Of a stretch of DNA of 63,191 nt, positions 47,659 through 56,053 are shown one piece after another (positions within the stretch are counted from its first letter, which is position 1; every line of letters begins with the position of its first letter). The notes under the pieces were generated by a model. It had not been told where the DNA came from, searched no databases, and was given only the letters and a program-made list of their open reading frames with translations. The translations under genes and the position numbers were made by a program. The stretch lies in NCBI GenBank assembly GCA_943357915.1, contig CALRGQ010000002.1, forward strand, positions 1-63,191. Direction: 5' to 3'. This DNA is from Candidatus Peribacteria bacterium. GTDB taxonomy: Bacteria; Patescibacteriota; Gracilibacteria; Peribacterales; Peribacteraceae.

Positions 47659-47683
47659 CCGGGACGCGGCGTCCCGGCTACGG
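47659..47683. repeat. REP immediately downstream of RAYT-3
   Basis: ccgggacgcggcgtcccggctacgg starts one nt after the stop codon. Confidence 0.8.
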
Positions 47684-47721
47684 AATGTGGGGTATTTCAT
47701 GCAAATACGACTGCCCCTGAA

Positions 47722-48474
47722 TCACGAAGGTCGATGAATCATGACACCAGCTTGGTCGGTCGGCATGACGGTCATCTGTTCGATATTGACGTGTTTCGGT
47801 CTGCTGACGGCGTACCAGATCGCATCTGCGATGTCCTCTGACGTGAGGTGCCTCCAGCCTTCGTAAATTGCCTTTGCTTTCTTCGTATCTCCTTTGTAAC
47901 GAACATCGCTGAATTCGGTTTCAACGTTTCCGGGAGCAATGATCGTCACACGGACACCGGTACCCAAAAGGTCATGACGCAGTGCGCGACTGAATGCATG
48001 AACGAAATGTTTTGTCCCGCAATACACCGCTCCGCCTTTGTAAGCTTCTATACCGGCAATGCTACCCAGATTCACCAGATGTCCCTGCGATTTTTTGAGA
48101 AACGGTAGCGAAAGATGCGCAACTTTGAGAAACCCTGTGATGTTCACATCGATCATCGGCTGAACGTCCTTAAAGTCATAGTCATCAAACGTGTCTTTTC
48201 CAATGGCAAGACCCGCATTATTCACAACGACGTCGATCTGCACATCTGTGAGACCGGCAAAGAACGCTTCAAGCGCTGCGTGATCCGTCACATCGATCTC
48301 CACAATACGCACCTCAATATTATTAGCTTTCTCGAGCGTCGACTTGAGGTTTTCTAGGCGTTCTTTCCGCCGCGCAATGAGGATCAGATTTTTGCCCTGT
48401 GCAGCAAAAAGCCGTGCGGTAGCCTCGCCTATGCCTGCACTGGCGCCAGTGATGAGAGTAAAGGGAGCAGCCAT
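47722..48474 (-). CDS. Short-chain dehydrogenase/reductase (SDR) family oxidoreductase
   Basis: TGASAGIG cofactor motif, NNAG, and catalytic YCGTK (YxxxK). ATG at 48474. Confidence 0.9.
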   Translation of the reverse strand: MAAPFTLITGASAGIGEATARLFAAQGKNLILIARRKERLENLKSTLEKANNIEVRIVEIDVTDHAALEAFFAGLTDVQIDVVVNNAGLAIGKDTFDDYDFKDVQPMIDVNITGFLKVAHLSLPFLKKSQGHLVNLGSIAGIEAYKGGAVYCGTKHFVHAFSRALRHDLLGTGVRVTIIAPGNVETEFSDVRYKGDTKKAKAIYEGWRHLTSEDIADAIWYAVSRPKHVNIEQMTVMPTDQAGVMIHRPS

Positions 48475-48698
48475 AAGACTTACCTGATGGGGAACAATCA
48501 CTCTCGCCCTGAGCGAAGCCGAAGGGTGATGAGGGTGAAAGGCTTCATTGTGTGACGATTATACTGATGGATTGGGCGCAGTGTTAGAACCTTATGTCCC
48601 CGTCCACTGAGAATCATGTGGCAACTACTGTATCTACCGCTTGTTCCTACTATTTTGGAAAGAAAGTCTCCGCGTGGGTGGCGGGGCATAGAGTGTAA

Positions 48699-51600
48699 TC
48701 ATCCTTGTTGAATTTTTTGCCACTGTTTATCAAATGGATAAAAAAGGTGAGGAGAATCTACAAATTTGAACGCCAATCTCTCATCCGACACAGGTTCGCT
48801 ACGTGCATCATGATCGACAGACCGACGAGACTTCTTCTTTTTAGCTGGCTGAAACTGAGGAAAACACAGAATGCCCATGCTTTGCAGAGTCTGCTGAACC
48901 GATTTCAACCCAAGCTTCGTCCTCATATCTTTCGACGATGAAGCGATACCCTGAATGCTTAAAACACCTTGAGTCAAACGCTGAAGATACTCGAGTCTCT
49001 CTGCTCTATCCACTATTGGAATAATCGGCAATTTCCTCCCTCCGATTTTGAATTCGCTATGGGGAAGTGCATATGGCAATTTGCGTTCTTTTATTTTCGT
49101 TCGAGATTCTTTTCCATACAGAGGTGTCATGACTAGACCTGTAGAATCCACACTCTGTAGGTCAGCAATCGTAGGATCAAATGCTTTGCGAGCTGTGATG
49201 ACGTGCATCTGATGTGGAGGTTCTCCTTCATTATCCCGAGACACAGTCTTCCCAGAGTACGTAGAAATGATTTCCAGACCAAAAGCCTCAAGTTGTTCAC
49301 GAAAGTGCGCAAGTTCAGGCTCAGTACACGAATCGTAATCAATAGGAATAAGAAGAATTCCGCCATCGCTCGGCTCTGATACTCCAGAAAGGCCAGCATC
49401 TGGAGTTTTAAGAGCACGCACGGCACCTCTCAGTGCACGAACACGACCAGTCATCTGCAGTTGACCATCTTGTTGTGCTGCATGACTTGTTTGATTCAAG
49501 CCCTGCAAGACGACAAGATCTTGCGAGCCAGCTTGCACCATCCCTGACTCTATCAGTGGATTTAATTCGTCCAACGTTGCTGCAATATTATGTCCTTGAT
49601 CGATAAATTCTGGCAAAAGAATTCCTCCATAATCCAACATCTCTTGGGTTGCATCCATACTACAAATATGTCGACTTTTCTGGGGTGAAACCTGAGACAA
49701 GATGTACGCAAGTCGTTGGCCACTGGAACATGTATGGAGATACGAGCCGCGCTCTGGTAATAGACCATCCTTTTCAAGTTGAAGAACAATACTTGCAATT
49801 GCACGTTCTCCATCTCCTATTGATGAACTTTCTTTCTGATCCAACATTTGGATGAAATCATCTCTATGAAGATTCCAAAACTCTTTCGTTTTTGTTGAAC
49901 CAACACCATGAAGAGCACGTGAGAAGCGTTGAAACTTTTGTTCAGGAGATTCTATGGTACTGGCAACACTCTCATCCTTCACGCGTGCTTCATTAGGATC
50001 CGATAACTGCGCCATTCGATCATCGCTAATAACTCCGTAAAAGCACCGAAGAACGTCGAGATACTTGAGCTCCGCTGCTGTTAGCGTTCCTTCCTCAACT
50101 GTTCGTTCTGCATAGGAAATAATCATATGACAATCCGTATTTCCCTTTCGCAAAACACGCTTGAGTAGTTGATAGAGATCCGGTGTGTTATACGGCCACT
50201 GTGAAATAATACCATCGATAAATCTGAGATCTATACCCAAGTTCAAGCATGCGCTCTGTGCAAAGAGAACACACTGGCGACCTTCGCGTTTCGCCTGTTG
50301 CATGTCTTCGAAAATAACGATGCGGTCATCATCATCCGTACCTCCATGAATGATATGAAAAGTGATGTTTCGATCGTCACACCATGATTTCAGTGCATCG
50401 AAAAAGTAATGCTGTGGATCACCCGCCTCATCATCAGGCCTCCATAGAACGCTTTGAGAGAGTATATTTTCAGCAACAAGAATTGTTTTTCTTCCTTCGA
50501 TGTTCAAAAGAGTCTCGATATGTTTTGTTGTTTCTTCAAATGAAGACCACGGCATCGTAGGGTCCGAGCTCATGAGTTTTGGACAACGAATAATGAGTTG
50601 GCTTAAGTGCAATTTTTGCTGTGCGGGCATGGAGTTATCATCGACGATGAGTTGCAGTAGTGCACGTTCTCGGTCAGAGATCTGATACGGCTGGCGATCG
50701 ATATTTTCCATCCATTCTTCTCGCCTATCCATCATCCACAGTTTCCCCATCATTCTTCGAAGTTGCGCCCACTGATTCGGAGGTGACGTACGGCGCTCAC
50801 TAGCTTCGTACTCGCTACTTGCACTCTCTAAGAGTTCGAGGGTGATACGCAGTCCATTTAAGTGCCCAGGAGCAGGAGTAGCTGAACTGAACATGACATG
50901 ACCTTTTGCATGTAAATTTGGAATTCCATGAATCGTTCTGCGAGCAAGGTGCGTATAGGTATTGTCACCTTGCAAAAGAGCAGCTTCATCAAAAGAGACA
51001 TTGGTAAATGGCTCGGCTTGATTGATGAGTAAGTCTGCAATAACTAACTCCGCTGGATCCCTGTCTCCAGTCTTGGTTTCTTTTGGATCCTTGCCTCTAG
51101 TTTTCGTGTCCTTTCTCGTAATATCCCACATACTGTACGCACAGAAGACAATATCTTTGGATGCTGCCTCACGAATCTGCGCAACTGTCATTCCTTTCCG
51201 AATAACGCCCACCGTCGGCGCATCATCAGGGTTTGGGTAATAAAGAGAATCTGTTTCTTTATCAACTGTGCCTGCGCGTACGCGGTTCGGAATTTCATTA
51301 ATAACTGGCTTCGGTCCAAAAAATAGCAACCGTGTGCGACCTTTCGACTGGTTCACTGTGCGTTCAGCCTTTGAAAGTTCGTATGCCCAGAAATGCGTAA
51401 ATGTCTTACCTTCGCCCGCTCCGAAACCGATGTACGAATGTCTCTTCTTCGGATGCATCATCTCAGCTATCGCAAGTCGTTGTCTCCAGGATCCTAAAGG
51501 CCACTCCACACCTTTGTGATCAATAGACGTTTTTGCCATCGTTTCAGGAATTTGAAGTGAAGCGGCATCTTTAAAGTGCAATACAACGTCTTCGCAGAGC

Positions 51601-52388
51601 TCAGCATGAGCTTCTGAAATCTTCCCTGCCTTCTGCCCAAACGCTTTATTATACAGCCCCCCAAGCTGCTTACGAATCCACGGATCAATTTTCTTCAGGA
51701 ATGTTGGCTGATTTGCCATGGAGTCAGCATCTTCATCAAGAAGTTTATGGTAGCAATACTCAACAAGAGACCGATGGATTTTTTCTCTCAGCGTCATGTT
51801 TTGCAAAATAATCTCTGGACACTGCAGCACACCAATAAGACCATTACCATTCTCCGTTGGAGCAGTTTCTCCAAGGTATGGCGAGATACATGAAAAAGCC
51901 GTAGCACGCTCTCCGGGCTCTAAAATCCCAAGATCACAGAGGATGTCCAACGCCACCGTATCACCGATGTATACAGCCAGCTGAGCATATTGCATCACAA
52001 TCGTTGAGATCTCTGCTGGTGTTTTCTTTATTTTTTTTGAACCATTCCCTCTCCCTTCAAGGGGATGGCTACGACGTAAAACATCATCCTCAGATTGCGA
52101 TGCAAAAGTGTCGCTCTTTTTTTTCACCAATGCACGCAAAATACTATCCCTTGTTGTCGTAATGGCAGCCCTCAGTCCGGTTGAGAGTTGCTTGCTTTCA
52201 ATCCATCTATCCACAAGATTACAGAACGTACCTTCTCCTAACTCAGTTATCACATGATGCTGATATCGTGAACTGAAATCATGTACGAGTGCTGCGATGA
52301 CAGCAGCTTCATCGGGAAACTCTGCAGCAAGTGGTGCATGAGCTTCCGTAATGAGCGGGACGATATCGTTGGCAATAGAAATAGACAT
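48699..52388 (-). CDS. 1229-aa SF2 (SNF2/DEAD-like) helicase fused to a C-terminal class-I methyltransferase-like fold with a degenerate SAM loop
   Basis: Motif I GFGAGEGKT (~51400-51432), II FDEAALL, III SSATPAP, V-VI LFAQSACLNLGIDL...WPYNTPDLYQLLKRVLRKGN (~50140). The MTase-like strands YLHTCSSGQ / ICSMDATQEML / DLVVLQGLNQ / GGILLIPI / HVITARK lie at ~49180-49790. Confidence 0.8.
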   Translation of the reverse strand: MSISIANDIVPLITEAHAPLAAEFPDEAAVIAALVHDFSSRYQHHVITELGEGTFCNLVDRWIESKQLSTGLRAAITTTRDSILRALVKKKSDTFASQSEDDVLRRSHPLEGRGNGSKKIKKTPAEISTIVMQYAQLAVYIGDTVALDILCDLGILEPGERATAFSCISPYLGETAPTENGNGLIGVLQCPEIILQNMTLREKIHRSLVEYCYHKLLDEDADSMANQPTFLKKIDPWIRKQLGGLYNKAFGQKAGKISEAHAELCEDVVLHFKDAASLQIPETMAKTSIDHKGVEWPLGSWRQRLAIAEMMHPKKRHSYIGFGAGEGKTFTHFWAYELSKAERTVNQSKGRTRLLFFGPKPVINEIPNRVRAGTVDKETDSLYYPNPDDAPTVGVIRKGMTVAQIREAASKDIVFCAYSMWDITRKDTKTRGKDPKETKTGDRDPAELVIADLLINQAEPFTNVSFDEAALLQGDNTYTHLARRTIHGIPNLHAKGHVMFSSATPAPGHLNGLRITLELLESASSEYEASERRTSPPNQWAQLRRMMGKLWMMDRREEWMENIDRQPYQISDRERALLQLIVDDNSMPAQQKLHLSQLIIRCPKLMSSDPTMPWSSFEETTKHIETLLNIEGRKTILVAENILSQSVLWRPDDEAGDPQHYFFDALKSWCDDRNITFHIIHGGTDDDDRIVIFEDMQQAKREGRQCVLFAQSACLNLGIDLRFIDGIISQWPYNTPDLYQLLKRVLRKGNTDCHMIISYAERTVEEGTLTAAELKYLDVLRCFYGVISDDRMAQLSDPNEARVKDESVASTIESPEQKFQRFSRALHGVGSTKTKEFWNLHRDDFIQMLDQKESSSIGDGERAIASIVLQLEKDGLLPERGSYLHTCSSGQRLAYILSQVSPQKSRHICSMDATQEMLDYGGILLPEFIDQGHNIAATLDELNPLIESGMVQAGSQDLVVLQGLNQTSHAAQQDGQLQMTGRVRALRGAVRALKTPDAGLSGVSEPSDGGILLIPIDYDSCTEPELAHFREQLEAFGLEIISTYSGKTVSRDNEGEPPHQMHVITARKAFDPTIADLQSVDSTGLVMTPLYGKESRTKIKERKLPYALPHSEFKIGGRKLPIIPIVDRAERLEYLQRLTQGVLSIQGIASSSKDMRTKLGLKSVQQTLQSMGILCFPQFQPAKKKKSRRSVDHDARSEPVSDERLAFKFVDSPHLFYPFDKQWQKIQQG

Positions 52389-52391
52389 GCG

Positions 52392-55379
52392 TTATTCAGA
52401 AGGTGAACGAAGTAAGAGAGACCGAAGAATATATTCCTGAAACGCAAGATAATCATCAATAATTTCTTTGGCATCTGGATCCCCATCCCCAGCTTTCTGC
52501 AGAAGAGCGTGAACCTTGCTACTGATACGACCTTCTACAGAACCAATCCGCTGCTCTAGTGCTGGGTGTGCATCCCTCGCTTCCTGTGCCCTCTGGCGAG
52601 CTTCTGATCGCGCTCTATGGGCAATATGCCCTTGCGCAGTTTTCTGTAGTGCTGGGAATGACAGTATTTGTGACTTCTGCGCTTTGCTTTCATCTAAACC
52701 ATCTGCAACTTCGGCTTCGGATACATTTCCGTCCTGTACTAGGACAATTGTAGATTGTCCAATCATAAGTTCTGCCGCATCAATATCGTCACTGCCAAAA
52801 CTTCTGCACACTTCTTCTACTATCGCAGTACATTGCTCTGCGCTGACAAACTGAAACTCTGTAGATTGCTGCTGGCTCATCGCAGTTGCCACACCTTCTG
52901 CTACTGCTCGTAATTGAGAAATAGATGGCTCAGTCCCTTGCTGTATGCATGAGAGAACTGCACTATCGACCCTGCTCATGCACGTAGAAGCGAAACTCAT
53001 CATTTCAGCAGTTATTTCTTCTACATGGGATATAGAACGCGAATGAACCATATTCCCTAATTGCCTTGCTACAGCTTGGTCTATTGCATCTTCAAACAAT
53101 GCAGCTACGTAACGACCCACATTCTTCCCTGATGTACCTGATGCCTCCATCGCTTCCGCTAGAGGATCCTGTAAACGAGTTCCTGTATCTTTTTTCTTAT
53201 CTCCCTCTTGCCCCTTCCCTCCTCGAGAAACTAACCCCGATCCAACACCTTCTCCCCCCACTTCCACTCTCTCCTCTCTTACCTTTTGTGCTCGCTGCAT
53301 GATGTCTGCAAAAGCATTCACGAACCCTACTCTCACTTGTACAGCATCACCGTTTGACGAAACACTGTCTGTACAACACGAAAGTAGATATGCAGACAAT
53401 TCTGCAAAACGAGACTGAAGGTAGTCTCTGAACTCTGCGGGTACTGCAATAATATCTTTTCCTACAGTAATTTCTTGTGGGACTGCATCGATGATGCCTT
53501 GGAAAGCTGCAAGGTATCGTTCCGCATCCTCTTTCGTCCGCATCACTCGGCCACTGACCGTTCGTATGCATTCGAAAATTTGCCGCTCTTCTGCGGGAGA
53601 GATCAATTCATTCTGAATCCTCTTATCTACTTCTGAATTCTTCCCGTCTTTCTTCATCTTCAACTGACCAAAAGCTTCATCTCTCATACTTGCAAAAGCT
53701 CGTAGTAGTGAATCTACCGAGGGAGTCTCGACTGCCACTTCTGTAATCTTTGGAACAACTGCCTTGGGTGTGCTAAGTGGAGGCTTTGGGTAGAAGTCAT
53801 TGATTATATCCAGATACGCTGATCTACGTGATGCCTCACTATAACTTCGCAACAGAAGTGGGCGAGTAAGCGCTGTTAATCGTATCGGCTTGGTAACAAA
53901 TAGGCTAAGAGCATTCCTAAAAATTGAAGCAAAAACTGGTGAAATGTCTTCAAAAGGACATTCAAAAATTATCTGAAGCATACGTTCAAGATGACGCTGT
54001 AAATACAATGCGTACTCTTCTGGAGTTGAAACAGAAAAATCTTCATCTGTGTACACAGCACTTTCACGAATAAGTTGACAAAGCAATCTTACTGAAGCTC
54101 TCAAAGCTTGTTTATTCCCATACTTGTACTGTGTTTCGCCGGTAACTTTTTGCGCTAAACTCAAAAGATCTGTATCAAGACTATCAGGATGTATAAATAA
54201 TACTTCACCTTTTTTTGGGCAAATGAGAATCGATTCTACCTCTTGAAAATAAGCTGCTCCATATTCGGAAGTCATCGAAGACTCTACCGTGGGCGGTAAT
54301 ATCACGGAATAGTGATCAAATAATCTAAAGAGTTCCTCTAATGGTGGTCGTATATAATCAGTATTAAAATCTGGGGTGTTAGCATACCAAGACTTTATGC
54401 TTTTATGCATTTCATCCATCAGTATTTTTATATCTTCTACTGAAATGTTTGGATCTACTAAATAACCCATAAATGTATCCATGGCACGGTTAATATCGCC
54501 TTCAAATAGAGCAGCGACTTCTTGTAAATATTGATCTTTAGAAATTCTTTTTCCAGATGCATTCACAATCTTTGTTTTTTTGGTAATAGTTTTACGTGCA
54601 AACTCTAGCCACCTGCTATGCCCTTCCCTTATAGCAGAAATAAACTGACTTCTCGCTGCAGCATTCCTATCCTCGTCAATAATCACATGTCGCATCTCGG
54701 GAATCTTATTCCGACTGAATAAAACATTATCATCCCATGACCAAACGAATTCAAAAACTTCTCCCTCTTCTTCCACAGTATCTACCTTGGTCGCAGAGCT
54801 CTTGAAGAACGACGCTACTGGAACTCTTGCTGCCTTTTTTTCTGTCATAACAAGCTGTGCTTTCTGAATGGATAAGAAGCTTTCTACTGTCAGTCTTTTT
54901 TCTAATACCTTTGCAAGTAGTGCATCTTCATCGGCTAAATCATCAATGGTGAATTCTGCTAAGCACAATCGAAGCGCCCCGCTAGCTTGGCGGATTGCCG
55001 CTATCACTTGTTGGCTATGGCCTTTACCGTCTACATGCTCGAAGTTTCCTAGGTCGAAAGATGCGCTTTTGACTGCATTTGTTATTCCAGATACAGAGTC
55101 ACTCACTGACAAAATAGCTCTACATGCTGCGTCAATTCCATTCCTCACTCCACCAATAAATCTCGAAAATATTTTTACATCACCAGCACTGCCTTCTTGC
55201 ACGTTAGGAATTGAAGCAGAAAGAGAGGCAAGAACTGTTGCTTCTACAAGCATGTTCACCCGACCGCCTACTTCAGCAGGATTTTGAAGATCCACTGGCA
55301 ATGTATCATCAATCACTGCAGCTGCCTCAGACGGCACAACTACCTCTTCTGCCGCTGGCTTGGATAGCTTTTTCGCCAT
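52392..55379 (-). CDS. 995-aa orphan protein (no TM, no signal peptide, no recognisable catalytic motif)
   Basis: Long ORF. Its ATG overlaps the upstream stop (TAATG), and its stop lies 3 nt before the helicase ATG. Confidence 0.7.
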   Translation of the reverse strand: MAKKLSKPAAEEVVVPSEAAAVIDDTLPVDLQNPAEVGGRVNMLVEATVLASLSASIPNVQEGSAGDVKIFSRFIGGVRNGIDAACRAILSVSDSVSGITNAVKSASFDLGNFEHVDGKGHSQQVIAAIRQASGALRLCLAEFTIDDLADEDALLAKVLEKRLTVESFLSIQKAQLVMTEKKAARVPVASFFKSSATKVDTVEEEGEVFEFVWSWDDNVLFSRNKIPEMRHVIIDEDRNAAARSQFISAIREGHSRWLEFARKTITKKTKIVNASGKRISKDQYLQEVAALFEGDINRAMDTFMGYLVDPNISVEDIKILMDEMHKSIKSWYANTPDFNTDYIRPPLEELFRLFDHYSVILPPTVESSMTSEYGAAYFQEVESILICPKKGEVLFIHPDSLDTDLLSLAQKVTGETQYKYGNKQALRASVRLLCQLIRESAVYTDEDFSVSTPEEYALYLQRHLERMLQIIFECPFEDISPVFASIFRNALSLFVTKPIRLTALTRPLLLRSYSEASRRSAYLDIINDFYPKPPLSTPKAVVPKITEVAVETPSVDSLLRAFASMRDEAFGQLKMKKDGKNSEVDKRIQNELISPAEERQIFECIRTVSGRVMRTKEDAERYLAAFQGIIDAVPQEITVGKDIIAVPAEFRDYLQSRFAELSAYLLSCCTDSVSSNGDAVQVRVGFVNAFADIMQRAQKVREERVEVGGEGVGSGLVSRGGKGQEGDKKKDTGTRLQDPLAEAMEASGTSGKNVGRYVAALFEDAIDQAVARQLGNMVHSRSISHVEEITAEMMSFASTCMSRVDSAVLSCIQQGTEPSISQLRAVAEGVATAMSQQQSTEFQFVSAEQCTAIVEEVCRSFGSDDIDAAELMIGQSTIVLVQDGNVSEAEVADGLDESKAQKSQILSFPALQKTAQGHIAHRARSEARQRAQEARDAHPALEQRIGSVEGRISSKVHALLQKAGDGDPDAKEIIDDYLAFQEYILRSLLLRSPSE

Positions 55380-56053
55380 TATTCAACGGTGGGAGGAAGA
55401 GTGACAGGAGGATGCAATGTTGCTTCCATGTGCTGCAAAGCTGTTTCATGCTCTGCTGCAATCTTTGCACCGAGAGCCTGATCATCGTTGGTCAGTGCCG
55501 CCGCAGCTGGAGCAAAGGCATCACGAATTGCCTGCAAACACTCAGTAATTTCTCTTTGAGTCATGGAATCATCCAAGCCATCTAACAATGCAGTTGCCGC
55601 AGTACCGAATACATTGAAAGCCTCACAAGACGCTTGTCCCTCCTTCGTTTCCCATATGAGCTGAAGCGCATCGGCATTTTCAGTGGAAATATCTTGAAGA
55701 ACTCCGTTGTATGCAGTCACAAGGTCATTTCTCATCATCCGCGGAGCTTCACAGTTCACAAACCACTCACGAAGCTCTTGGACAAAATACTGTCGTAAGG
55801 GTTCTATGGAAACTCTATCGACGGCATAACCAAGTCCTGCAACAAGACGTCCGTACTGCTCAGGCGTATTGATCGTTTGACGTTGTATCGGTTGGTTTTT
55901 ACGGGGCGGTGAGAGATTGGTTAGATCGGCAACCACTGCGCGTGCAGCTTCACGGAATGCTTCAATGAGCGGCGTGCATGTAGCGCTGTACACCCCCCCC
56001 AGAAACGTCCAGATCGCTCCTGAGCTGAGCATTATCTCTGGCACCATTCGCAA
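55379..56053 (-). CDS. 224-aa ORF, probably the frameshifted C-terminal continuation of the 1217-aa ORF
   Basis: Overlaps 55962-59615 by 92 nt in a different frame. A G8 run (plus-strand C8 at 55993-56000) lies inside the overlap. Confidence 0.5.
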   Translation of the reverse strand: MRMVPEIMLSSGAIWTFLGGVYSATCTPLIEAFREAARAVVADLTNLSPPRKNQPIQRQTINTPEQYGRLVAGLGYAVDRVSIEPLRQYFVQELREWFVNCEAPRMMRNDLVTAYNGVLQDISTENADALQLIWETKEGQASCEAFNVFGTAATALLDGLDDSMTQREITECLQAIRDAFAPAAAALTNDDQALGAKIAAEHETALQHMEATLHPPVTLPPTVE

